Positions 52,076-61,264 of a DNA stretch of 64,000 nucleotides are shown piece after piece. Source of the stretch: Desulfosudaceae bacterium. Lineage in GTDB: Bacteria > Desulfobacterota > Desulfobacteria > Desulfobacterales > Desulfosudaceae. Positions within the stretch are counted from its first letter, which is position 1. The number at the start of each line of letters is the position of its first letter. The translations under genes and the position numbers were made by a program. The DNA is taken from the NCBI GenBank assembly GCA_963674745.2, contig CAXXDV010000001.1, positions 512,001 through 576,000 of the forward strand, written 5' to 3'. The notes beneath the pieces are model-generated. The model worked only from the letters and a program-made list of their open reading frames with translations. It ran no database searches and was not told the origin of the DNA.

Positions 52076-53449
52076 ATGAAGAACACGCATATACTAATGA
52101 TTGGGAAATATTTTTTATTCATATCAGCCACTCTGTTTTTTTTCGCCGTAGCCGCCAGCGCCATGGAAAATGACATTGGCATGACAGCACAGGTCATCAT
52201 AGAGGAAAGCGTTGCCGCTTTGTGGCTCGGCAATTCTTTCAGCCCGCAATTGGAAAAGGAACAGCAGTCTTTGAGAAATATTCTTGAAAACCGTTCAATA
52301 ACCGGGGCTGAACTTGAGAGAATTGTCGCCAGGACAATGCTTTCCATATTAAATTCACAAAAAACCAGCAGATATAATTTACGTGAAATGTACAAAGGCG
52401 TCGAGGAACTGCTTGCGCCTTATATGAAAAGGGGGGAATTAAGAAAGATTGTCTGGCACCAGTTATCATCACAGTTCGGGGAAGGGAGACAATTTAATGT
52501 TAAGGTGGGAACTCTTGCTCCGGTTGGTACCCCATGGCTTGTTCTCCCCGAGAGACTGGTCGCTGAAATACAAGAATTAAGCGGCAATAAGGTTATCTTT
52601 AAGATTTATTCAGGCGGTGTCATGGGCGAGGATGTTGATGTCTTAAGAAAAATGGATATGGGCCAACTCGACGGCTGCGGTTGCACGGCGATGGGAATAT
52701 TAAAAGCAGCTCCCGAGGCGTACGTTTTTCTTCTGCCTGGGCTGTTCCGTAATTATGAAGAAATCGATTTTGTCCTAAATAAGTTCAGAAAAATGATAGA
52801 CAGGACTTTTGAGGAAAAAGGATATATGCTTGCCGCCCTGGTTGACACCGGCAATTTTTATCTGTTTTCAAGATTCAAAACAGACAACCTGGCCGGGATA
52901 AAAAAAAACAAAACAATAACGACGTTTGGGGTCATTGAAACCGAATTGTTTGATGAACTCGGGATCCATGCCATCCCAATTTCGATACCAGAGATAATAC
53001 CGTCCTTAAACACGGGCATTGCTGATACCGTCGTAGCCCCGGCTTCATGGATGCTGGGGATGCAAGCTTATCAATACGTAAATTGCTTCATCAAGGAACC
53101 GTTGTTTTATTCACCCGCAGCCGTCATTGTAAGTGCCAAAATTAAGGACAAGTTGCAGAGAGATATCAATTTGTCGGAGACGGTTGCACATAACATAACG
53201 GAGCTGACCATTTTTGAATTCATCTCTCTTGAAAAAGATTGGAAGGCCCAGACAAGGCATTATGAGAAAAAATGTCTTGAAGCCTTTATTTACAAGGTGG
53301 GGATGAGACCCTTGGTGCTTCCCCCGGAAGACAGGGCGGTTATTGAACAGGCCGGGAAAAAGGTCTGGGAAAAACTCGCCGGCGACGTTTGTCCCCGGGA
53401 ACTCCTGAATGATATCCTGCGGGCTCTTGAGGAATATCGACGGAATTAA
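52076..53449 (+). CDS. TRAP DctP-family substrate-binding protein with N-terminal extension
   Basis: GTLAPVGTPW, YSGGVMGED, LDGCGCT. Confidence 0.85.
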   Translation: MKNTHILMIGKYFLFISATLFFFAVAASAMENDIGMTAQVIIEESVAALWLGNSFSPQLEKEQQSLRNILENRSITGAELERIVARTMLSILNSQKTSRYNLREMYKGVEELLAPYMKRGELRKIVWHQLSSQFGEGRQFNVKVGTLAPVGTPWLVLPERLVAEIQELSGNKVIFKIYSGGVMGEDVDVLRKMDMGQLDGCGCTAMGILKAAPEAYVFLLPGLFRNYEEIDFVLNKFRKMIDRTFEEKGYMLAALVDTGNFYLFSRFKTDNLAGIKKNKTITTFGVIETELFDELGIHAIPISIPEIIPSLNTGIADTVVAPASWMLGMQAYQYVNCFIKEPLFYSPAAVIVSAKIKDKLQRDINLSETVAHNITELTIFEFISLEKDWKAQTRHYEKKCLEAFIYKVGMRPLVLPPEDRAVIEQAGKKVWEKLAGDVCPRELLNDILRALEEYRRN

Positions 53450-53623
53450 CATAAAAGGAATCAAGTGCAAAACAACCTAAGCCTTTCCCTATATAAGGAT
53501 GAAAATATGAGCGATGAAAGAACTTATAAAAGCACATGCCGGATTTGCCACCGCGGATGCGGGGTGCTGATGCATGTCGAGGACAGGGTTGTCAAAATCA
53601 AAGGCGACACAAATTCTCCCCTG

Positions 53624-54135
53624 TTCGACGACATTAGAAAGAGAGAGATGAGAGCACTAACCTTTGGATTTTTTTTGGTGTTTATACTCACCACATGCGC
53701 ATACGCGGATGACACCAAAGACTTAAATCAGATGGGGATTCCGGGGGGAATGGCTGGTTGTTTTGGCACCGTTCAGTCTGAGGTTCTGCAGGTCTTTTTG
53801 GCCGAAGACAATGGTGCGCGATTCAGGGCCTATCAAGTGAAATGGAAGGGCCAGGACATAATAGTCTCAGATATGTTTGGCACAACTGACTTCAAAGAGG
53901 GTGATATCATCACGTTCATGGCCCAAAACATCGAAGTCCCGGCTAACGGCAAAAAACTGAAGATGCTTCAGTTCATGATCATGGACACGAGCGCTTTTGC
54001 TCCGGAACAGTAGGGCGTCGAACAACACGTTGGTAAGGGACCGCAATGGGCGGCCGGTTTCGGCTCTTGCCAACTGCTTTTATTAACGAGTTTTTGCGGG
54101 TGGCCCGTTCCCCTTGCGCCCCCAAACCTTGAACG
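53624..54135 (+). mobile_element. integron gene cassette with attC (~54017-54135)
   Basis: G|TTCGACG at the left junction is the exact reverse complement of R'' CGTCGAAC after the stop; attC-like hairpin ends in G at 54135. Confidence 0.8.
53648..54013 (+). CDS. exported hypothetical protein (cassette ORF, 121 aa)
   Basis: signal peptide MRALTFGFFLVFILTTCAYA; purine-rich RBS. Confidence 0.75.
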   Translation: MRALTFGFFLVFILTTCAYADDTKDLNQMGIPGGMAGCFGTVQSEVLQVFLAEDNGARFRAYQVKWKGQDIIVSDMFGTTDFKEGDIITFMAQNIEVPANGKKLKMLQFMIMDTSAFAPEQ

Positions 54136-54230
54136 AACAAAGGCCGCCTGTGCCCCAAGGGAATGGTCAGGATTGAACACCTTTATCATCCGGACACCGC
54201 TGCGAAATATGGTATTCAAAAGGAGAACAA

Positions 54231-55064
54231 ATGACCCTATTCAATCTGTCCGGCAGAGTAGCCCTGGTTACGGGGGCTTCACGAGGATTGGGCCGGGCAA
54301 TATCGGTTGCCCTGGCCGAAGCCGGGGCTGATGTCGTCCTGACGGACATACTTGTTGAAGACGCCTTTGATTCACGGGAAATGTCCGGGTACAGCCCGCT
54401 GGCGGCTTTTTTTTCGCAGACGGACGGGGTGTATACGAAATCAACCGCTGAAGATATCCGGTTATCGGGACGGCGTAGCATGGCGCTGCGGATGGATGTC
54501 ACTTCGCCGGATGAAATACGGGATGTCATCGCACGCGTCAAGGATGAACTCGGCCCGGTCGACATCCTGGTAAACAACGCCGTTATCATGGACAATTTCG
54601 GCCTGATCGAAAAGCAGCGTCCCGACTTGTGGGAGCGGGATCTCAAGGTGAACCTCACCGGAGCTTTTAATTGTATTCAGGCGGTTTGGCCGGACATGAA
54701 AGAACGCCAATGGGGCCGGATAGTAAATATCTCCTCATTCGTGGCCATTATGGGGGCTTTTGCCCAGCCCAGTTACGGGGCGTCAAAGGCTGGACTTCTC
54801 GGCCTTACCAGGTCGATGGCCCTGGAGGGTGCCCGCAGTGGCATAACCGCCAACGCGATTCTGCCCGGGTTTATCCAAACCGAAGCGGTCAAACTGCATG
54901 ATCCGGGGAAACTGGAGCGGATAACGGCCCGCTGCCCTATGCAACGCCTGGGCCATCCTGAAGAAGTGGCATCCCTGGCGGTATTCCTGGCATCTGATGC
55001 GGCAGCCTATATTACCGGTGCCGCTATTCCTGTGACAGGAGGAATGGACCTGTTTCATTTTTGA
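54231..55064 (+). CDS. short-chain dehydrogenase/reductase (FabG-like)
   Basis: TGASRGLG, NNA, YGASK, PGFIQT. Confidence 0.93.
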   Translation: MTLFNLSGRVALVTGASRGLGRAISVALAEAGADVVLTDILVEDAFDSREMSGYSPLAAFFSQTDGVYTKSTAEDIRLSGRRSMALRMDVTSPDEIRDVIARVKDELGPVDILVNNAVIMDNFGLIEKQRPDLWERDLKVNLTGAFNCIQAVWPDMKERQWGRIVNISSFVAIMGAFAQPSYGASKAGLLGLTRSMALEGARSGITANAILPGFIQTEAVKLHDPGKLERITARCPMQRLGHPEEVASLAVFLASDAAAYITGAAIPVTGGMDLFHF

Positions 55065-55245
55065 ACGAGAAGCATACACATATAGCGCAAAAAAGTTGCC
55101 GAGAATAATCGTCTGTCTCATCGTTATGCTGTCAGAAGACACAAAGGGTTCTGCGTTCCTCGTTGACACCCCATCATCGCATGGATATAGTGCATTGTGA
55201 TAAAACAGGAAGAAAATTCCGTATACAGATCCTCTGAACCATGAA

Positions 55246-56106
55246 TTGAAGGCAGAACGCGTGTCGCAGAAAAAACTGATGAAAATATCGGAATTAGGTG
55301 AAAAGACCGGGGCAGCAGCTTCGACCATACGGTTTTATGTCAAGCAGGGCCTCCTTCGCGAACCGATCCGAAAAGGCAGGACCGTCGCCTATTACTCTCC
55401 CCTGCATGTCGAGCAACTCAAATACATACTCGCCCTTAAAAAGAAGAACAAATTTACTTTACATGAGATAAAACAACGGGTTGCCGACAAATTCAAGGAC
55501 ACGCCGGATGATGATCCCGGAAGGCCGTTTATCGGAAAACAGGAAGAGATTATCAGGGCGTCCGTCGATCTTTTCCTCAATAAAGGTTATCATGACACAA
55601 CTATAACCGATATTGTTGATAACGCCGGTATCGGCCGGGGCACATTTTACGCTTATTTTGCCAACAAGGAGGAACTTTTCTGGGAATGCGCCGATAAACT
55701 GTTCAAGGATCTTGACACGCATTTTAATATTATAAAAAACGAAGGCGATGTGCTTTCCCGGTTGAAACGCCGGGCTTACGAGTTTCTGTTAACCTTTCCC
55801 ACCTTGATCAATCTGATCAACATTATCAGGGGGGCGGCAGTAAGCGATTCTGAAATATTTAAGGAAAAGCTTAATATAATGATGCGGCAATTGGTGGCAC
55901 CGATTGTCAATGACCTTGATATCGGTATGCGAAATAATGAAATCAGAGATACTGACAGTACCGTATTAGGACATATCTTAATGGGTGCGGCGGAATATAT
56001 CTCATATTATGCTTATGAACTCGAATTCAACCTGGACAATGACCGGTTTCTGGCCTTGTTCCAGGAAGGATGGGACATGATCTATTATGGCGCCCAAAAA
56101 GATTAA
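55246..56106 (+). CDS. MerR HTH-TetR fusion regulator
   Basis: TIRFYVKQGLL; FLNKGYHDTT...GRGTFYAYF. Confidence 0.9.
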   Translation: MKAERVSQKKLMKISELGEKTGAAASTIRFYVKQGLLREPIRKGRTVAYYSPLHVEQLKYILALKKKNKFTLHEIKQRVADKFKDTPDDDPGRPFIGKQEEIIRASVDLFLNKGYHDTTITDIVDNAGIGRGTFYAYFANKEELFWECADKLFKDLDTHFNIIKNEGDVLSRLKRRAYEFLLTFPTLINLINIIRGAAVSDSEIFKEKLNIMMRQLVAPIVNDLDIGMRNNEIRDTDSTVLGHILMGAAEYISYYAYELEFNLDNDRFLALFQEGWDMIYYGAQKD

Positions 56107-56980
56107 CACACGAAATTCAAAAACCTATTACCGGATTTCCGAGATCTCGCGTATAAGCGGGGTGCCGTCCCAGACGATTCACTATTACGTCCGGGAAGGG
56201 CTGCTGCTGCCGCCGGTCAAGACCAGCAAAACCATGGCGTATTACAGCGAAGATCACCTGGAAAGGCTGTATTTCATAAAAAAACAACAGATCGAGTCAA
56301 AACAGCGCTTAAAGGAGATCAAGCAAAGACTGGCCGATGACTTGCCGGCTGCTGCTCCGGAAGACCATAGGGACAAAGAGGGGCCGTTACCTTTCGCGCA
56401 ACAAAAAGAAACAATCCTTCAAACCGCCATTAATCTGTTCACGCAAAAGGGATACGCGGAAACCAGCATTACCGATATTGTTAATACAGCCGGTGTCGGG
56501 CGCGGAACGTATTACCAGCTTTTCAAAGACAAGGAGGATTTGCTGCTGGAATGCGCGGACCGTGTTTTCTTCGAGCTTTACAGTCATGTCTGGGAAAAAT
56601 TGCAAAATGAAACAGATATGATGAAACGGTTACAGATTCGATTTGAAGCGTATATAAAGAGTCACCCCAGGTGGCGGGACATGATGGATATTATTAAAAG
56701 CCTGGCCAGCACAAATAACCAAAAAGGCGTCCAGAAACACAGGGAAATCCTGCAGCAGATAACCCGGCCCATTGCCCGGGAAATTGACAGGGCAGCCCGA
56801 CAGCAGAAAATCCCGGGGGGCAACGACACCTTCGGCACTATGGCGGCATACATGCTTCTGGGTGCCAGCGACTATTGTGCCCGGCTGCATTTTGAACAGG
56901 GTCATGACATAAACCTGTTGTTTGATCATATCACCCAGTTGGTGTTTGAAGGGATCCGATATAGATCCCGATCTTCCTGA
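56087..56980 (+). CDS. MerR HTH-TetR fusion regulator (paralog)
   Basis: TIHYYVREGLL; FTQKGYAETS...GRGTYYQLF. Confidence 0.9.
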   Translation: MAPKKINTRNSKTYYRISEISRISGVPSQTIHYYVREGLLLPPVKTSKTMAYYSEDHLERLYFIKKQQIESKQRLKEIKQRLADDLPAAAPEDHRDKEGPLPFAQQKETILQTAINLFTQKGYAETSITDIVNTAGVGRGTYYQLFKDKEDLLLECADRVFFELYSHVWEKLQNETDMMKRLQIRFEAYIKSHPRWRDMMDIIKSLASTNNQKGVQKHREILQQITRPIAREIDRAARQQKIPGGNDTFGTMAAYMLLGASDYCARLHFEQGHDINLLFDHITQLVFEGIRYRSRSS

Positions 56981-57130
56981 GCCGACCCCCTAAAACGGAT
57001 CCGGTTTTTATGATAAAAAAGGCTGGCAACTACCGAAAGGAGTTAGGGGATATGGCAAAGAAAACTGCCGTGGAGAAGGTCGACCGGTTGCTTCGTCAGG
57101 TCGAAATACTTCATCGATGGGTAACGCTAC
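56978..57130 (+). mobile_element. possible IS3-family left-end remnant
   Basis: TGAGCCGACCCCCTAAAACGGATCC resembles IS3-family IRL; RBS then MAKK...LLRQVEIL, like the start of OrfA; no further transposase. Confidence 0.4.
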
Positions 57131-57227
57131 ATGGTTTCTGTTCTGCTTTATTCGTTGTGATGCCAGCTATCTTTTTTTTATGGCCTTGTCCGGAAGGTCA
57201 CGCTCATGAATATTTCCTGTCTGTTCT

Positions 57228-58622
57228 TTATGGATGCGTTTTCCTGTATTCCTCGAGCGCTTTGGTCATGTCGCGAACCAGGTCAGCCGGGAAAACCTTG
57301 CCGGACAGCTTCTGCTGAACGGCTTTGCCTGCCGCTTCAAGCTTTTTCAGGTCTTCGGGAGGCAGCGTGATGGCCTTCATGCCGCACCTGGTCTCGAATG
57401 CCTTCAGGCTTTTTTCTTCAAAGATTCTGATCTGGCGCCTCCACCCCTTCTCCAGGGCGATAATTTCAGCAATGACAATTTCCTGAATGTTATAGGCGAA
57501 CACCGCTGATATGCCGAGCTGTTGCTGGATTCTGCCGATCGTGCTGGCTTTGGAAACCACGACTCCCGGTGAATAGACCAACGGTGGTATGATGTAATAG
57601 TTCATGAATTGATAGGCCTGCATACCCAGCACCCATGCCGGGGGCGCCAGGTTCAGGTCGGTCTTGCCGGTGTTAAGTGACGCGACAACATCGGGGACCG
57701 GAACCGGTGTGGCATTTATCCCCAGTTCCTCATAGAGGGGTGCTTCGATAATACCAAACCATGTCATTGCTTCTTGTTTGGCAATATCCGCCAGGCCGGG
57801 TGTTTTGTACTTTGAAAATAAATAGAAAAAGCCGGTGTCAAATAGTGCCCACAGGGTATAACCGTTCTTTTCAAACCCTTCATCCAGCTGCTTTCGGAAT
57901 TTTTCAAAGATATAATCGACTTCATCATAGTTATTAAACAAACCGGGCAGCAGCAGGGCCGATGCTTCCGGGCAGCTCGCCAGCACACCCAGGGCGGTGC
58001 AGCCGCAGGCGTCGAGCTGCCCGGCATCCATTTTATCGAGGATTTCCTCATCATCCCCCATAACACCGCCCCCGTAAATTTTGATCTGAATTTTTCTTTC
58101 GCTTAATTTTTCTATTTCCGGAAAGGCAATCGTTTCCGGCACACTGAGCCAGGGTGTACCCGGCGGCGCCAGGGTGCCGACTTTATATAATACGGGGTCG
58201 TCTTTGGTGATCACGGATGAAAGCGCCCGCCACAATACGGCTTTTATCGTTTTCCAGTCCAGGTGCGGGAGAAGAAGATCGTTGAAGCGGTCCGGAAAAT
58301 TCACTACGGCATACCGTGATGTTTTATGGCGCTCCAACAAAGACAGGAACATCGTCTCCAGCATGCCTTCCAGCTGAACCTCATTAACGGCACCGGTAGC
58401 CAGCATTGTTTTCAAAAACTGTTGCCGCTGCAGTAACCCCGGATCGGTTTCCCCGCCCACCCACATCGTTTCAAGACTTTCCCGCATTATGTCTTGAAAT
58501 GATTTGATGTTGTCATCAGCGCCGGTGACGCCAGGCGGCAGTCCGATGGTGATGATCATGAAAACAGAACAAAACAACCATCTCTTCATAACAATCCCGG
58601 TTCTGATATCAAGTAAGGCCAT
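57228..58622 (-). CDS. TRAP DctP-family substrate-binding protein with N-terminal extension
   Basis: GTLAPPGTPW, YGGGVMGDD, LDACGCT. Confidence 0.85.
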   Translation of the reverse strand: MALLDIRTGIVMKRWLFCSVFMIITIGLPPGVTGADDNIKSFQDIMRESLETMWVGGETDPGLLQRQQFLKTMLATGAVNEVQLEGMLETMFLSLLERHKTSRYAVVNFPDRFNDLLLPHLDWKTIKAVLWRALSSVITKDDPVLYKVGTLAPPGTPWLSVPETIAFPEIEKLSERKIQIKIYGGGVMGDDEEILDKMDAGQLDACGCTALGVLASCPEASALLLPGLFNNYDEVDYIFEKFRKQLDEGFEKNGYTLWALFDTGFFYLFSKYKTPGLADIAKQEAMTWFGIIEAPLYEELGINATPVPVPDVVASLNTGKTDLNLAPPAWVLGMQAYQFMNYYIIPPLVYSPGVVVSKASTIGRIQQQLGISAVFAYNIQEIVIAEIIALEKGWRRQIRIFEEKSLKAFETRCGMKAITLPPEDLKKLEAAGKAVQQKLSGKVFPADLVRDMTKALEEYRKTHP

Positions 58623-58697
58623 GTTTCCCTCCTGGATGTATGATAAACTGAAAAACAGATTTTCACTGTCGTGACCGGATAGGCCAAAATAAGCCGG

Positions 58698-60125
58698 CTA
58701 ACGGGCTGCCCGGAAATCTTCCAGCGCCTTTCGAATATTGTCGATCAGGTCTTTTGGGAAGAGTTTCCCGGTCAGTTTCTGCTCGACCGCCCTTCCTGCC
58801 ATTTCAATGGCATTCTGGTCTTCGGGTGACAATGTTATGGCCTTCATGCCGCATTTTATTCCAAAGGCCTCCAGACTTTTTTCTTCGTATGTTCTGATCA
58901 GCTCCTTCCATTCAGGCTCAATAGCGTTGAATTCGGAGACGAACAGTTCCATGACATTGTTGGCGTATGTATCAGACACTCCCATCTCTTTTCGCAACCG
59001 GTCCCGAACGCTGGAGTTTACCAGCACAGCCGCCGGAGCATAAAAAACCGGGGGGGTGAGAAAAAAATTCGTGTACTGGTAGGTCTGCATGCCCAGCATC
59101 CAGGCTGGTGGGGCCATAATAACGCTTGCCTGGCCTGTGCTCAAAAGGTTAATGACATCAGCCAGAGCTACAGGCTCAACCTTACTTATGCCCAGTTCCT
59201 GATAAAAAAGGGTCTCTATGGCGCTGTTTAAGTATACAGAATTTTCTATTTTCAAGCCCGCCAGGCCGGAAACTCTGTTTACTGAAAACCAGTGCAAATT
59301 ACCGGTATCAACAAGGGTACACAGAATGTAACCGTTTTTTTCAAATGCCTGGTCCAGCGTTTTTCTGAACGTATTGAAGATGTAATCTACTTCTTCGTAA
59401 TTTTTGAACAGTCCGGGCAGCGACAATACACAAGACACAGGGGATGCTTCCAGCATGCCCAGGACGCTGCAGCCGCAACTGTCGAGTTGACCGTCTCTCA
59501 TTTTTTTTAAAACGTCCGAATCCTCTCCCATGACCCCGCCGCCGAAAATTTTGATTAAAACTTTTCCTCCGGTCAGTCTCTTAATCCTTGGAAAAAGGAT
59601 GTTTTCGGGCACATTAATCCAGGGCGTTCCCGGGGGGGCAATGGCGCCGACTTTAAATATCATAGGGTCTTTGTTCTGGAGTGGCGAAGCGGCAACACGC
59701 CATATGATGGTTTTTGCTGTTTCCCACTCCATGCGGGGGGAAAATAGGGCGTTAAATCGTTCTGAAACATTGTTTAAAATATACCGGGATGTTCGATCAC
59801 GGTCCAGTACCGGTAGGATTGCCTTTTCAAGCATGCCTTCAAGGGCCTCTTGAGTTATGATGCCGCTTGACAGCATGGCTTTCATTGCCTGCTGGCGTTG
59901 CTCGAATTCCACAGGAAATTCCCGGCCGGTCCACAATGCGGTCAAGCTGTCCTGCAGAATGCTTTGAAAGTTATCAGCGTCTTTATCCGCTGCCATGGCG
60001 GCAAGTGGCAGGCCGGCAACAGCCGTAACGGTTATAACGGCAATCATCGTCAACAGCCGTGTCTTGGCTGAAAACGAACGGCTTCTAAACATCATCCCCC
60101 CCCTTGTTATCATTATTGCCTTCAA
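58698..60125 (-). CDS. TRAP DctP-family substrate-binding protein with N-terminal extension
   Basis: GAIAPPGTPW, FGGGVMGED, LDSCGCS; start uncertain. Confidence 0.85.
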   Translation of the reverse strand: MKAIMITRGGMMFRSRSFSAKTRLLTMIAVITVTAVAGLPLAAMAADKDADNFQSILQDSLTALWTGREFPVEFEQRQQAMKAMLSSGIITQEALEGMLEKAILPVLDRDRTSRYILNNVSERFNALFSPRMEWETAKTIIWRVAASPLQNKDPMIFKVGAIAPPGTPWINVPENILFPRIKRLTGGKVLIKIFGGGVMGEDSDVLKKMRDGQLDSCGCSVLGMLEASPVSCVLSLPGLFKNYEEVDYIFNTFRKTLDQAFEKNGYILCTLVDTGNLHWFSVNRVSGLAGLKIENSVYLNSAIETLFYQELGISKVEPVALADVINLLSTGQASVIMAPPAWMLGMQTYQYTNFFLTPPVFYAPAAVLVNSSVRDRLRKEMGVSDTYANNVMELFVSEFNAIEPEWKELIRTYEEKSLEAFGIKCGMKAITLSPEDQNAIEMAGRAVEQKLTGKLFPKDLIDNIRKALEDFRAAR

Positions 60126-60245
60126 GCATCAGCCTGGAAAATGCTTTCTCTGCCGCCGGGGCTCAGCCAGGGCAGTTTTCCTTACGCCCTGGCTTCGGGA
60201 CAGTGCGGATCTATGTCCGGTAGGAAACATTTATTTTTCTGGTAC

Positions 60246-61217
60246 TTATATTTCCAACACGATTTTGCCAAAGGAACGTTGACTTTCCATCCAGGTATGC
60301 GCCGCCCCGATATCGTCCATTATAAATGTTTTGGTGGGAGATTCCAAGTTTTCCGTTGCCAGCCACTTGTGAAGAAATTGATACATATTAATTTGATCCT
60401 CTGTCCCAAAAACCGAGTAGGTCGTAAAAGAAGTGATGTTTAATGATTTGGTAATGATGTTCTCCCCCAGCGGATCGATGGTGCCCGCACCGCCGGAATA
60501 ACCATAGATGACCCATCTCCCCCTGTATTTGATACACAGGGGGTCGGTTTGCAGGGTCGATCCGGATACACTGTTAAAGCAAATATCAACGCCCTGACCG
60601 TTTGTCAGTTTTAATACCGCTTCCCTGTAGTCAATGGTTTTATAGTTAACCCCATGGTCTGCGCCGTTCTTTTTACAGTAAGCAAGTTTTTCGTCTGAGC
60701 TGGAAAGGGCGATCACCGTGTTCTGTCCCTTTCTTCTGGCGATTTGTGTAATCATTGTTCCCACGCCACCGGCAGCCGCATGCAGCAGAATCGTCTCGCC
60801 GGGCTGAACGTTTCCGAAAACAGCGTAGGCAAGATAGGCTACCGGCAAGTTGACCAGATATACCAGCCCTTGCCCAAAAGAGACATTGTCGGGCAGGACA
60901 ATGATGTCCCGTTCGAATGCCTTTACATATTCCGCATACCCGCCAAGTAGAACCGTCGTCATCACCCGCATCCCCGGTGCGATATCCTTTACATCGGATC
61001 CCACTTTTTCGACAACTCCGGAAACCTCTTTACCCGGGATAAACGGTAACGGCGGCTGAAACAGGTATCCTCCCTTTCGCTGCATGATATCCGCGTACAT
61101 AATTCCGGCATACTTATTTTTAATCAGAACTTCGTCTTCACCCACTTCCGGAGTTGGAACCTCCACCACTGATAAGTGCTCGACGGATCCAAGTCCGTTT
61201 AATTGAATCGCTTTCAT
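60246..61217 (-). CDS. NADPH:quinone oxidoreductase (MDR family)
   Basis: PFIPGKEVSG, HAAAGGVG, GKIVL. Confidence 0.92.
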   Translation of the reverse strand: MKAIQLNGLGSVEHLSVVEVPTPEVGEDEVLIKNKYAGIMYADIMQRKGGYLFQPPLPFIPGKEVSGVVEKVGSDVKDIAPGMRVMTTVLLGGYAEYVKAFERDIIVLPDNVSFGQGLVYLVNLPVAYLAYAVFGNVQPGETILLHAAAGGVGTMITQIARRKGQNTVIALSSSDEKLAYCKKNGADHGVNYKTIDYREAVLKLTNGQGVDICFNSVSGSTLQTDPLCIKYRGRWVIYGYSGGAGTIDPLGENIITKSLNITSFTTYSVFGTEDQINMYQFLHKWLATENLESPTKTFIMDDIGAAHTWMESQRSFGKIVLEI

Positions 61218-61264
61218 AATGCCTCCTGCTTAAAGGGAATTAAAAGGATAAGGATTCAAAAAAT

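Larger units (their letters stand above)
53507..54234 (+). pseudogene. molybdopterin oxidoreductase remnant split by a gene cassette and internally deleted
   Basis: 53507-53623 MSDERTYKSTCRICHRGC...NSPL joins 54136-54234 NKGRLCPKG..EHLYHPDTAAKYGI. Confidence 0.8.

Noticed and set aside
57010..57318. 102-aa membrane protein
   Set aside because: It overlaps the DctP 3' end on the opposite strand; only the first part resembles an IS remnant
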